A stretch of 64,000 nt of DNA from Deltaproteobacteria bacterium. GTDB taxonomy: Bacteria; Myxococcota_A; UBA9160; SMWR01. The stretch covers positions 32,001-96,000 of the forward strand of contig JAQBHB010000098.1 in NCBI GenBank assembly GCA_032128115.1, in the 5' to 3' direction. Below the pieces are notes generated by a model. It worked only from the letters and a program-made list of their open reading frames with translations. It made no database searches and was not told where the DNA came from. This document shows, in pieces, positions 10,672 through 21,920 of the stretch. Numbering within the stretch: position 1 is the stretch's first letter; each line of letters begins with the position of its first letter. A program made the position numbers and the translations under genes.

Positions 10672-10968
10672 ATGCCGGAGGTCCGAGTGCTTGGCGGGTT
10701 GCGCGCACGCATGGGTGGGGCTCAGATCGAGGTTCCCGCCCGCGGGGTTCGCCAGTTGCTGGAGCGGCTGATCGAAGGCGGCGGGCCCGGGTTGGCGGCC
10801 GTGTTCTACGCCGAGCCGGACGGGGGCCCGGATACGCTCCACGAGGATCTCCGCGTGTTGGTGAACGGTCGCAGCATCGTGTTTCTCGACGGAGTCGATA
10901 CACCCCTTTCCGAAAGCGACACGGTGACCCTCCATCTGGCCGGCGCTCGCGGATACCCCGGGGGCTAG
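10672..10968 (+). CDS. MoaD/ThiS-family ubiquitin-like sulfur carrier
   Basis: 98 aa, VLVNGR...LDGVDTPL, C-terminal Gly-Gly (YPGG). Lies in the AOR cluster. Confidence 0.8.
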   Translation: MPEVRVLGGLRARMGGAQIEVPARGVRQLLERLIEGGGPGLAAVFYAEPDGGPDTLHEDLRVLVNGRSIVFLDGVDTPLSESDTVTLHLAGARGYPGG

Positions 10969-10979
10969 GAGCCGATCCC

Positions 10980-12353
10980 ATGTCGAATCGACACGTGATC
11001 GTCGGCGCCGGTCCGGCTGGCCTGTGCGCCATCGAAACGATCCGGGCCCTTTCGCCCGACGCGAGCATCACGCTGGTGTGCGACGAGTCGCCCTACGCGC
11101 GCATGGTGCTGCCGTATTACATGGCGGGTCGGGTGGATCAGGCGCACCTTTCCACCGGCGACGAGTCCTGGTTCCGAGATCTGGGCGTGGCGACCGTCTT
11201 CGGCCGCCGAGTGAGTCGGGTCGACCCCGGCTCGCACCAGCTGACCCTGGACGATGATTCCACCCTGGCGTACGACCGCCTGCTGCTGGCGACCGGGGCT
11301 CGCACCCGTGCGCCCGCCATCGAGGGCTGCGATGGGCCGGGGGTACTTCCCCTGTGGACCCTGGCCGACGCCGATGAATTCCTGGCGGCCGAGAAGCGCG
11401 ACGTGGTGATCGTGGGCGCTGGCTTCATCGCCTTCACGATTCTGGACGCGGTGGCGGGCCGGGCCGACACGGTCTGCTTCGTGGAGATCGAGTCCCAGGT
11501 GCTTCCGCGTATGCTCGACGCCAGGGGCGCGGGCCTGGTGGAGGCCCAGCTCGCGGAGCGCGGCATCCCCGTCCACAAGGAAGTCTCGCTGCAGCGCATC
11601 GAGCAGGCGGGATCGCGCCGGGTGCTCCATTGCTCCAACGGCGAAAAGCTCGAGTGCGACCTGGTGATCCTGGCCACCGGCATTCGCGCAAACCTCGAGT
11701 TCCTGGAGGGTTCGGGCGTCGCGACCGACGACGGCATCCGGGTGGACGATCACCAGCGGACCAACGTCTCTGACGTCTACGCGGCGGGAGACGTGGCCAG
11801 CGGCCCGGATCTGCTTGGCGGCGAGGCGCGGGTGCAGGCCATCCAACCCACGGCCGTGGATCACGGCCGGGTCGCCGGCGCGAACATGGCGGGCCTGGAC
11901 GTAGCGTACTCGGGGAGCCTCACCATGAACGTGGTGGCAGCGCAGGGCATCGAGGCCTGCAGCTTCGGTCGCTGGCAAGACAGCGGCGACACGATCCAGG
12001 TCCACAACCCGGCAAACGCCGTCTACCGGAAGTACGTGTTCGAAGGCGACCGCATGGTGGGCGGGGCGATGGTGGGGCCGACCGCAGCCGTCTCCGGCCT
12101 GAACGACGTGGGCATGCTCAAGGGCCTGATCCAGACGGGCGTCGCGCTGGGACCGTGGAAGGCCTACCTGGACGAGAACCCCCTGGATCTGCGCCGGGTC
12201 TTCGTGGCCAGCGGCGCGGCCGGGGCACTGCTGGACTGGAGCCTGCTGTCGGGCCGCGTCTCCGAGGGCGGCGGCTACCGGGCGCAGAAGCTGCCGCCGG
12301 TGCGCGGCCGCTCACCGCACCACGCGACGCTCGTGAGCGGAGCCCCGCGCTAG
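10980..12353 (+). CDS. aorC: FAD/NAD-dependent oxidoreductase subunit (AorC-like, pyridine nucleotide-disulfide oxidoreductase family)
   Basis: VIVGAGPAG, LLLATGA, VIVGAGFIA, DVYAAGDVA. ATG at 10980 follows an AGGAG. Confidence 0.82.
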   Translation: MSNRHVIVGAGPAGLCAIETIRALSPDASITLVCDESPYARMVLPYYMAGRVDQAHLSTGDESWFRDLGVATVFGRRVSRVDPGSHQLTLDDDSTLAYDRLLLATGARTRAPAIEGCDGPGVLPLWTLADADEFLAAEKRDVVIVGAGFIAFTILDAVAGRADTVCFVEIESQVLPRMLDARGAGLVEAQLAERGIPVHKEVSLQRIEQAGSRRVLHCSNGEKLECDLVILATGIRANLEFLEGSGVATDDGIRVDDHQRTNVSDVYAAGDVASGPDLLGGEARVQAIQPTAVDHGRVAGANMAGLDVAYSGSLTMNVVAAQGIEACSFGRWQDSGDTIQVHNPANAVYRKYVFEGDRMVGGAMVGPTAAVSGLNDVGMLKGLIQTGVALGPWKAYLDENPLDLRRVFVASGAAGALLDWSLLSGRVSEGGGYRAQKLPPVRGRSPHHATLVSGAPR

Positions 12354-12376
12354 GGCGAGGATCGGGGAACCCGGCT

Positions 12377-12652
12377 GTGCAGATCGAGGTGCGGCTATTC
12401 GCGAACCTGCGCGAGAAGCTGCCGGGCGCCCGGCGCGGTCGCGCCCTCCTCGAGATTGCCGAGGGCACCACCGTGTGGGAGCTCGTGGCCGCCCTCGAGA
12501 TTCCCGAGCGCCTGGCCCAGATGGTGCTGGTGAACGGCGAGCGCGCGGCGCGGACCGGGGCACCCGGGGAGTCACCCGATTCGAAGGAAGGCGACGCGGT
12601 CCTCGAGGATGGCGACAGGGTCTGCGTGTTTCCGCCTCTGGCGGGGGGCTGA
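12377..12652 (+). CDS. Second MoaD/ThiS-family sulfur carrier
   Basis: VRLFANLRE, VLVNG, C-terminal FPPLAGG. Confidence 0.85.
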   Translation: MQIEVRLFANLREKLPGARRGRALLEIAEGTTVWELVAALEIPERLAQMVLVNGERAARTGAPGESPDSKEGDAVLEDGDRVCVFPPLAGG

Positions 12653-12655
12653 GGC

Positions 12656-13897
12656 GTGGCCCGTGTCCATCCGCGCGCGCCCTGGATCCTGGTACCGGCG
12701 CTGGCGCTGCTTGCCCTCGCATCTGGCGCGGGCGCCGCCCCGGACGCCTTGCCGCTCTATCGCCTGCACATCGAAGCGGGCCCTCTCCGGGAACTCACGG
12801 CCTTTCGCGAGGGGATCCTCGACGTGGCCTTCCTGCCGCCGGATCGGCGTCTGTGGATTCCCGCCGAATTCGAAGCCGACGGCGAGCGCTATCCGGTGCG
12901 GATCCGCATCCGGGGCGATCTGCCCGCCCACTGGCGCGAAGACAAGCATTCGTATCGCGTGAAGTTCGACGACCGGCTCTTCCGCGGGCGCAGGGAGATC
13001 AACCTGATCGTGCCCTGGGACAAGCACTACGGTGTCGAGCTGCTCCAGACCGGGATCGCCCGCGACCTGGGTCTTGCCAGCTTTTCCGGCCGCTTCGTGG
13101 ACCTGGTGATCAACGACGAGAACGTGGGCCTCTACTACGAGAACGAGCATCCCACCCGCGAGTTCCTGGAGCGGATCGGCCTGCCGGCTTCATCGATCTT
13201 CACGTTTGCCTCGAATTGGACCCTGTACCTCTCGAAGCCCTACCACCACGTGATGTTCGCGAAGCCCGGGAGCCGCGAGTTTCCGCCCATCTCGAGCGTG
13301 GGACAGATCAAGCAGCGGCGGACCTACGATCCGCGCGACCCGGCGCTGGCGCACCGCCAGCTGGAGTACGCGACGGAATTCTTCGAGCTGCTCTGCGAGG
13401 GCAGCCGCGAAGAGATCGCTGGGCGCGCGGGGCGGTTTCTGGACCTCGACGGCTTCGCCCGATACGTGGCGTTGCAGGACTTCCTGGGTACGAGCCACGG
13501 TATGGGCCTCAACGACAACACACGCCTGTACCTGGATCCCACCACGGGGCTGTTCGAGTTCATGCCCTGGGACACCCGGTTGATGTCCCTGCGCGAGCGG
13601 CTGGAGGCGAAGGCTGGCGACCTGGATGCGCTGTTGGAGCCGTCGGACACCACGTTCCTGGAGCTTCTGAACGCCGTGCCGGGGCTTCGCGCCCACCGCG
13701 ACGCCCTGCTGCGCGGGCTCGTGATCGAGGGCGAGGCCTACCGCGCCCGTCTTGCCGGGATACACGACGGCCTGGTGGCGCGACATCCCGAAGACGAGCG
13801 CCTGCGAAAACGCAGCGCGGAGCTCGATCAGATGTTCCGGGACAACCTGGAGGTGCTGGCGGCATACCTGGACCGCCCTGCGGGAGCGTCGCGCTGA
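12656..13897 (+). CDS. Secreted CotH-family kinase
   Basis: N-terminal signal peptide, RIRGD...HW...KHSYRVKF, INLI, GLYYENE, HG...NTRLYLDPTTGLFEFMPWD. Confidence 0.72.
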   Translation: MARVHPRAPWILVPALALLALASGAGAAPDALPLYRLHIEAGPLRELTAFREGILDVAFLPPDRRLWIPAEFEADGERYPVRIRIRGDLPAHWREDKHSYRVKFDDRLFRGRREINLIVPWDKHYGVELLQTGIARDLGLASFSGRFVDLVINDENVGLYYENEHPTREFLERIGLPASSIFTFASNWTLYLSKPYHHVMFAKPGSREFPPISSVGQIKQRRTYDPRDPALAHRQLEYATEFFELLCEGSREEIAGRAGRFLDLDGFARYVALQDFLGTSHGMGLNDNTRLYLDPTTGLFEFMPWDTRLMSLRERLEAKAGDLDALLEPSDTTFLELLNAVPGLRAHRDALLRGLVIEGEAYRARLAGIHDGLVARHPEDERLRKRSAELDQMFRDNLEVLAAYLDRPAGASR

Positions 13898-13898
13898 C

Positions 13899-16226
13899 AT
13901 GAGGCGCACGATTGCGCGACTCTTCGCATGGGTGGGGATGACGCTTGCCTGCGGTGGATCGCCCGAGACGGAAGTGGTGGCATTGGTGGCGCAGGATTTC
14001 GACGCGCGCCAGGCGTCTGGCACCTGGATCGAGGCACGATCGCTGGATCCGTTGCACCCCAGCGACATCGCGCTGCGTGCGCGGGCCGGCGTCATGCTCT
14101 CGGCTCCGTGGCGGGTCTTCGACCTGCACCGTGGCCACGGCGGTGAGCCCTTTGCGAGCTTGCTGCTGTCGTCGGAGTCCTCGCTGTTGGCCTACCACGT
14201 TGCGGGCCAGCCGGGTGCGATCGGAGGCGACGACCTGCTGACGTCGCGGCTGGCGACGATCACGAGTGAAGAAGGTCGGAGCGACGCAAAGCTCGGGCTC
14301 CTGTTCGAACCTCCGTTGCCGCGCGATCGCGACGCCTTCGTCGGCCTCGCCGAGCTCGACGACGAGGACGTGGCGCGGCTTGTGTCGCTGTCGCTGGTGG
14401 TGGGAGCCGATCGCGCTCTGGCCGCGGATCGATTTTTCCGCGGCGCCGACGGCCGCCCGCGGCTTCCCTTCTTCGTCCCGGGCGAACCGGTGAACGGGTC
14501 GCGCCTGGCCGGATCCATGCTCGAGGTCTTCCTGCCCCCGGTGCTGGGACATCGACTGGCCTCCGAGCCGCAGCTGCGCGAGGCCGTGTACGCGGGCATC
14601 CACCGGCGGGCCCGGGCCGCTCCGGAGCTCGCGGCGAAGATTGCGGAACGCGCGGAGTCCCTGGGGGCGCTGGCGCCGGATGTGACCGGGCTGAGCGAAC
14701 GGCTCACGTCGCGCGCCACGGCCCTCGAGGGCTACCTGGGCTCCGTCTGGATCGAGCAGTTGGTTCGAGTGGAGGGAGCCGACGAGGCCCGGGTCACCCT
14801 GTTCGTACACAGCGTCGCGCCTCTCGACCTGGCCGCATTCGAGGCGGCCGCACCCGACGGACCAGTCGAAGGCCTGGCTCTCGTGGATCCGGAGACCGCT
14901 GCACGACATCCGGCTGCGGGGGAGGGCGACGGCGTGCGCTTCGCCGTGGGTCGGTCACTCGATCCGGTTCTCGATCCGGCGCGGGGCTTTCAGTCCCAAC
15001 GGCTCGACTACCGACTCACCGGCCTCGCCCGTTTCGGCTCCGAGCCCTGGAAGTGGATCGATACGTTTGGGCCCCGGGTCCGAAACCGGGTGACGGGAGC
15101 GCTCGTCCCTGCCGATCACATCACGGGCTTCGCCAGCCTTCGCGATCCGCGCTTCTCGAGCAGGGACGAGGAGGGAGTGGAGGCCTTCGCGGCCGCGCTC
15201 CCGGACCGGTTGACGCGTCGCGACGGCGCGGAACCGGCTCGGGTGGAGCGCGCGCAGCGCCGCGTGCGCGTGCCTGCGGGCGTGGTGCTCGTGGAGCAGG
15301 ATCTGGTGCTGCCCGACGGCTTCGGACTCGTGCTCGAGGCCGGAGCCGAGCTGTGGATGACTCCCGGGCGCTCGATCCTGGTGCGCGGAAACCTGAAGGT
15401 GCAGGGCGAGCCCGGACGCCCGGTGCTGGTGCGGTCGGCCGTGCCCGAGCGGAGTTGGGGTGTGTTGGCGGTTCAGGGATTCCAGAAATCGTTTCCCCCC
15501 GGACGGAGCGAGCGCGTCCGCGCCGAGATCCGCTACCTGGATCTGATCGGCGGATCGAGCGACGACCTGCGCGGCGCTCACTACGGGGGCTCGCTCTCGA
15601 TCCATCACGCCGATCTCCGACTCGAGCACGCGAGCCTGCGCGATGCCAGCGCCGATGCCCTCAGCGTGAAGTACGGGAGCGTGGAGATCGCCGACACGGC
15701 CTTCCTCGACAACCAGGGCGATGGCGCCGATCTCGATTGGAGCGAAGGCAGTGTGCAGCGTTCGACCTTCCGCGGAGGGGGCGACCGGGGAGATGGACTC
15801 GAGCTGTCGGACTCGAGGGTCTCGGTCGAGGACTCGGTCTTCCACGCCAGCGGCCGGCGCTGCCTGTCGGTCTCCGCCCGCGCCCGGGCCCGGGTGACGG
15901 GCTGCTTGTTCCGGAGTTGTCCGCTGGCGGTGGCCGCGCGCGATGGCGCGCGCGTGGACCTCTCGGACTCGGTCCTGCTGGACAACGAGCGGGAATTCGA
16001 AGCCGATCGCGGCGCCGGGGTCTTCGGGGGGGGCGCGATCCTTTGCGACGGCCTGATCCGCGTGGGAGAGCGCTCGCCGGATCGGCGCGATGGGGCCTCG
16101 GAAATCGAGATCCGGGCGTCGCTCGATCCCGGTCCGGAAGCCGCCCGCGCCGCGCGCCAGACCCTGGTCCGGGCCGCCCGCTTCTCATCCGAGTCCTACC
16201 GCGCAATGCGGGCAGAGCTTCCGTGA
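13899..16226 (+). CDS. Lipoprotein with degenerate CotH-like N-terminal region and C-terminal right-handed beta-helix
   Basis: Lipobox LAC at residue 18. C-terminal pectate-lyase-like repeats (DALSVKYG, DGADLDWS, DGLELSDS). Confidence 0.6.
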   Translation: MRRTIARLFAWVGMTLACGGSPETEVVALVAQDFDARQASGTWIEARSLDPLHPSDIALRARAGVMLSAPWRVFDLHRGHGGEPFASLLLSSESSLLAYHVAGQPGAIGGDDLLTSRLATITSEEGRSDAKLGLLFEPPLPRDRDAFVGLAELDDEDVARLVSLSLVVGADRALAADRFFRGADGRPRLPFFVPGEPVNGSRLAGSMLEVFLPPVLGHRLASEPQLREAVYAGIHRRARAAPELAAKIAERAESLGALAPDVTGLSERLTSRATALEGYLGSVWIEQLVRVEGADEARVTLFVHSVAPLDLAAFEAAAPDGPVEGLALVDPETAARHPAAGEGDGVRFAVGRSLDPVLDPARGFQSQRLDYRLTGLARFGSEPWKWIDTFGPRVRNRVTGALVPADHITGFASLRDPRFSSRDEEGVEAFAAALPDRLTRRDGAEPARVERAQRRVRVPAGVVLVEQDLVLPDGFGLVLEAGAELWMTPGRSILVRGNLKVQGEPGRPVLVRSAVPERSWGVLAVQGFQKSFPPGRSERVRAEIRYLDLIGGSSDDLRGAHYGGSLSIHHADLRLEHASLRDASADALSVKYGSVEIADTAFLDNQGDGADLDWSEGSVQRSTFRGGGDRGDGLELSDSRVSVEDSVFHASGRRCLSVSARARARVTGCLFRSCPLAVAARDGARVDLSDSVLLDNEREFEADRGAGVFGGGAILCDGLIRVGERSPDRRDGASEIEIRASLDPGPEAARAARQTLVRAARFSSESYRAMRAELP

Positions 16227-16227
16227 A

Positions 16228-16842
16228 TCACGGCGAAACCGGCACCACCCGCGCGTCGTTCGGCGCCCAGAAGACCGGCGGGGCCGTTCGCGAGAAGTCC
16301 TGCCGGATCACGTAGCGGCCGGGAGCGAAGCTGCGCGCGTAGAGGCCGTCGAAGGCGGCGCCGGCGGCCTGCACGCGCACTCGGGAATCGATGCGCTTCC
16401 AGCCGGTGCGCCCCAGATCGTGGCCGGTGGTTCCCAGGGCGAACAGCTGCGTCGTCTTCGACACCTCGAGAGTCCAGACGCGGTTGCCGTGGCGCTCGCC
16501 GCGGCAGAAGGCGTGGCCCACCAGGGCGTCCACCCGGCCCTCCGTGTGGTACGGGCGGTTCGAGTAGAGCTGCGTCCCGGGTCCCTCATAGACCGCTGGG
16601 TCGCAGGTGGTCGCGGCCGCCAGCGGCGCCACCAGCTGGCCCCGGCCGCGCAGGTTCGCCTGACTCACCAGGGCTGCGCAGCTCTCGGAAGCATCGGCGG
16701 GCTCGTCTGGCTTCGACGCGGTGGGGGCCGCCACCAGCCACACGTGAATCGACACGATGGCGGCCAGCGCGCCGGGCAGGCCGATGCGCAGATTCCAGAC
16801 GCGCCCGAGGGCGCGGGCGGCAGAGAGGCCCAACGAGGCCAT
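16228..16842 (-). CDS. Hypothetical exported protein
   Basis: Fills the gap between convergent and divergent genes. Hydrophobic signal-like segment. TGTG-TAAGAT extended -10-like motif upstream at about 16877-16886. Confidence 0.5.
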   Translation of the reverse strand: MASLGLSAARALGRVWNLRIGLPGALAAIVSIHVWLVAAPTASKPDEPADASESCAALVSQANLRGRGQLVAPLAAATTCDPAVYEGPGTQLYSNRPYHTEGRVDALVGHAFCRGERHGNRVWTLEVSKTTQLFALGTTGHDLGRTGWKRIDSRVRVQAAGAAFDGLYARSFAPGRYVIRQDFSRTAPPVFWAPNDARVVPVSP

Positions 16843-16959
16843 GATCGACTCCTCTCGCGAGCAGATTCCGGGGGCCATCTTACACAGGGCTCGCCCCCGC
16901 GCGCGGCCATCCGGTACCCTCGGGCCGTCTCGAGCCAGATCCCGAAACCGAGGCCCCAC

Positions 16960-18386
<1,427 letters not shown>

Positions 18387-18390
<4 letters not shown>

Positions 18391-19772
18391 GCGAGTCGGT
18401 TCGCGACATCCTGGCGCGGGAGAGCGCCGGCGGCGCGGTGCGTGTGCAGGGCTGGGTGCGGACGGCTCGCCACTCCAAGGGCGTCTCGTTTCTGGAGGTG
18501 AGCGACGGCTCCTGTTTCGCCGGGATCCAGGTCGTAGCGGAGCCGGGGCTCGCGAACTACGAGTCCGAGATCCGATCCACGGGCACCGGGACGGCCGTGG
18601 CGGCGACCGGTACCCTGGTGGACTCGCCCGGGAAAGGCCAGCGTTTCGAAGTCCACGCCTCGGAGATCGAGATCGTGGGCCGCGTCGATGACGACTATCC
18701 GCTCCAGAAGAAGCGCCACTCGTTCGAGTTCCTGCGCACCCAGGCGCACCTGCGGCCGCGCACCAACACCATCGGGGCGGTGCTGCGGGTTCGCAACGCG
18801 GCCTCATGGGCGATCCACGACTTCTTCCACGAGCGGGGCTTCGTGCACCTGCACTCACCGATCATCACCGCCTCTGATGCGGAGGGGGCGGGCGAGATGT
18901 TCCGGGTTTCGACGCTGGACGCTTCGGCGCCGCCGCGCGACGCGGAAGGTCGGGTCGACTTCAGCCGCGACTTCTTCGGGCGCGAGGCGTTCCTGACGGT
19001 TTCCGGGCAGCTGGAGGCGGAGATCGCGGCTCTGGCGCTCACCCGGGTCTACACTTTCGGTCCCACGTTCCGCGCAGAGAATTCGAATACCAGCCGCCAC
19101 CTGGCCGAGTTCTGGATGGTGGAGCCCGAGATGGCCTTCTGCGACCTGGCCGGCAACATGGATCTGGCCGAGGCGTTCCTGAAGCACGTCTTCCGCGCCG
19201 TGCTCGAGCAGTGTCCCGATGACATGGAGTTCTTCAATCAGCGCATCGACAACACGGTTCTCGAGACGCTCCAGCACATCATCGACACCCCGTTCGAACG
19301 GATCTCCTACGGCGATGCCATCGAGATCCTGCAGCGCAGCGGCGAGTCGTTCGAGTTTCCCGTGAAGTGGGGCGCCGACCTGCAGAGCGAGCACGAGCGC
19401 TATCTGACCGAGAAGAAGATCGGGCGCCCGGTGATCGTCAGCGACTACCCGGCGGACATCAAGGCCTTCTACATGTACCTGAACGACGACGAGAAGACGG
19501 TGGGCGCCATGGACGTGTTGGTGCCCAAGGTGGGCGAGATCGTCGGCGGTTCCCAGCGCGAGCACCGTCACGACGTGCTGGCCCGCCGCATGCGCGATTG
19601 CGGACTCGACGAAGAAGCCTATCGCTGGTACCTGGACCTGCGTCGCTTCGGTTCGGTTCCCCACGCGGGCTTCGGCCTGGGTTTCGAACGCATCGTCCAG
19701 TTCATGACCGGCATGGCCAACATCCGCGACGTGATCCCGTTTCCCCGGGTTCCGGGCTACGTGGAGTTCTAG
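18387..19772 (+). CDS. asnS: Asparagine--tRNA ligase
   Basis: OB fold (GWVRT...DGS), [57 protein letters not shown]. Confidence 0.97.
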
Positions 19773-19788
19773 ACGCCGGGCGGCGCGA

Positions 19789-20640
19789 TCACTTCATCAG
19801 GAACCGGAGCACCGAGTCCAGGCCGCGGTCCGGGAGCAGCCAACCGAGGCCGGTGAGGAGCTTCGCGTCGACCCCGACGGTGTAGCGGGTGCGGGGACGG
19901 CCGGCCGTGAGCGCGTGCTCGATGGCCTGGGCCACCTGGTCCGGGCTCGCGGCCCGGGGCCGGAACTTGTCCACCATCCTCATGAAGTCCTGCATGGCAC
20001 CGCCGTAGAGCTCCTGGCCCAGGGGCGGCAATTTCTCGATGACCTCGGCCGCCGAATCCTGGCCCTTGTCGAGCATGGGGGTCTCGATGAAGCCGGGCTC
20101 CACCAGCGCCACGTCGACTCCCTGGCTCGCCACCTCCATCCGCAGCGCGTCGGACAGGGCCTCCAATGCGAACTTCGACGCGCAGTACGGGCCGAGCATC
20201 GGATTGGCCACCTTGCCGGCGCCGGAGCTGACGTTCACGATGCGGCCCTTCGCCCGGCGCACCAGCGGCAGGAAGCTCCGGATCACCGCGGCGGGGCCGA
20301 AGACGTTCACTTCGAACTGGCGACGCCACTCGTCGGAATCCACGAATTCGATGGGTCCGCCGACACCGATCCCGGCGTTGTTCACCAGCCCCCAGAGGCC
20401 CGCATCGCCCACCTGGCTGGCCACGTCCTTGGCGGCCTGCTCCACGGCTGTGGCGTCGGTAACGTCCAGCAGGATCGGGGTCAGGCGTTCCGACGCCTCG
20501 GCCTTCAGGGCCTGGCCGTCGGACTCGCGGCGCACGCCGGCGAAGACCCGAAAGCCGCCGCGATCGAGCCGGAGCGCGGCGGCGCGCCCGATTCCCGTGG
20601 ACGTGCCCGTGATGACGACGCTTTGTGCTGTATCCGGCAT
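19789..20640 (-). CDS. Short-chain dehydrogenase/reductase
   Basis: TGTSTGIG, NNAGI, YCASK. Confidence 0.92.
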   Translation of the reverse strand: MPDTAQSVVITGTSTGIGRAAALRLDRGGFRVFAGVRRESDGQALKAEASERLTPILLDVTDATAVEQAAKDVASQVGDAGLWGLVNNAGIGVGGPIEFVDSDEWRRQFEVNVFGPAAVIRSFLPLVRRAKGRIVNVSSGAGKVANPMLGPYCASKFALEALSDALRMEVASQGVDVALVEPGFIETPMLDKGQDSAAEVIEKLPPLGQELYGGAMQDFMRMVDKFRPRAASPDQVAQAIEHALTAGRPRTRYTVGVDAKLLTGLGWLLPDRGLDSVLRFLMK

Positions 20641-20708
20641 GGGTGCCTCCCTGGTGTGGGTTCCGGTGGCATTCTTCTACAGCACGAGTCGAGAAGGCAA
20701 GGATCGCG

Positions 20709-21710
20709 TCAGGCTGCGCAGACGAAGTCGCGGATTTCGCGGTAGCCCAGGCCCGCGAGTTCAGCGCGCACCTGGCTGCGCGGTCCCTGGCGGGCCACCG
20801 ACACCACCACGGGTTCCCGGGGGCGGAAGGCCAGCGCTTCGGCGGGGATCACCGGTGCCCCCTGGATCTCGGTTCCGAGCCGGCCCGGGTGCAACTCCAC
20901 GATGGCCGATGGTTTCTTGCCGTGAGACTCCAGGGCGCGACACAGGGTGCGGCCGGTGCTCCCGTAGCCCCAGAGCACATAGCGTTCGCGCCCGGACAGG
21001 AAGCCCCGGGCCAGAAAGCTCGCCTTGCAGGCGGTGAAGCGGGCGATCGAGTAGGCGGGATCGGTCTGGGAGAGGCGCGTGTCCCCCTGACGCCACGAGA
21101 GGAGTCGTCGGGGTACCACACCCAGCCGGTGTCCGGCCTCCAGCATGCGGAGCACCAGGTCGTAGTCTTCGGGCCAGCCCCGATCGCGGTAGCCGAGTTT
21201 CTCGAGGAGCTGCCGACGCATCACCAGGGTGGGGTGGGCCAGGGGGCACTCGACGAACGCCTCCTCCTGGACCCGCTGCGGCGAGTCGATGCTGGCGAGC
21301 CAGGATTCGTAGGCGCGCATGCCCTCGGCCAGGCCCCTGCGCGGAAACAGACGCACGTGGCATCCCACTGCGTCGAGGCTCGCGTCCGCGTCCAGGGCGT
21401 CGGCCTGGGCAGCCAGGCGGTCCCGGTGCATCAGGTCGTCCGCGTCCATGCGCGCTACATGACGGCCCCGGCAGAGAGCCAGGCCCGTGTTGAGGGTTTC
21501 CACCAGTCCGCGGTGGGGCCGGGACTCGACGCGGATGCGGGCGTCGCTGCGTGCGAAGTCGCGGGCGAGCGCGAGGCTCGCGTCGCGCGAGCCGTCGTCG
21601 ACGAGCACGCATTCCCAGTCGCTCTCGGTCTGGCGCAGCAGGCTGCGCAGGCAGCTGGATAGCGTCCCTTCCGCATCGAACACGGGCAGCAGCACCGAGA
21701 TCCGGATCAC
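20709..21710 (-). CDS. Glycosyltransferase family 2
   Basis: ISVLLPVFD, VDDGSRD, ARMDADD, EDYDL, C-terminal Rossmann-like tail (VLWGYGSTG). TACGCT lies 7 nt upstream of the GTG start. Confidence 0.88.
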   Translation of the reverse strand: MIRISVLLPVFDAEGTLSSCLRSLLRQTESDWECVLVDDGSRDASLALARDFARSDARIRVESRPHRGLVETLNTGLALCRGRHVARMDADDLMHRDRLAAQADALDADASLDAVGCHVRLFPRRGLAEGMRAYESWLASIDSPQRVQEEAFVECPLAHPTLVMRRQLLEKLGYRDRGWPEDYDLVLRMLEAGHRLGVVPRRLLSWRQGDTRLSQTDPAYSIARFTACKASFLARGFLSGRERYVLWGYGSTGRTLCRALESHGKKPSAIVELHPGRLGTEIQGAPVIPAEALAFRPREPVVVSVARQGPRSQVRAELAGLGYREIRDFVCAA

Positions 21711-21795
21711 GCCGCACAGCGTATCCGACGCCGCCCTCCGGTGGGCGAAAGCCCGGTGTGGGCGGTAGCTCGCGGCGCATGCAGATGCGCCCGCT

Positions 21796-21835
21796 TCTGG
21801 AGGCCTCGCACGAGGTCTGGAGGCCACGCACGAGG
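21796..21835. repeat. 20-bp tandem repeat x2 (TCTGGAGGCC[T/A]CGCACGAGG)
   Basis: Read directly from the sequence, one mismatch, intergenic. Confidence 0.85.
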
Positions 21836-21848
21836 CGGACTGCCCGGT

Positions 21849-21920
21849 GCTCGACGCGGCCTTCGCGGGGCCGGTACCCTGGGCGCTCGACGCGGCCTTC
21901 GCGGGGCCGGTACCCTGGGT
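21849..21920. repeat. 36-bp tandem repeat x2 with internal hairpin (GCTCGACGCGGCCTTCGCGGGGCCGGTACCCTGGG[C/T])
   Basis: Read directly. CGGCC...GGCCG stem in each unit, no spacer between units. Confidence 0.9.

Noticed and set aside
10672..12652. Ubiquitin-like proteins as a Bil/CBASS-type conjugation defence system
   Set aside because: No E1, E2 or JAB genes nearby. The AOR context explains them as cofactor sulfur carriers.
21761..21769. ops/JUMPstart element
   Set aside because: GGCGGTAG points toward an amidohydrolase rather than a long glycan operon, and is likely by chance in GC-rich DNA.
21849..21920. 36-bp palindromic repeat as a CRISPR array
   Set aside because: Only two abutting copies, no spacers and no cas genes.
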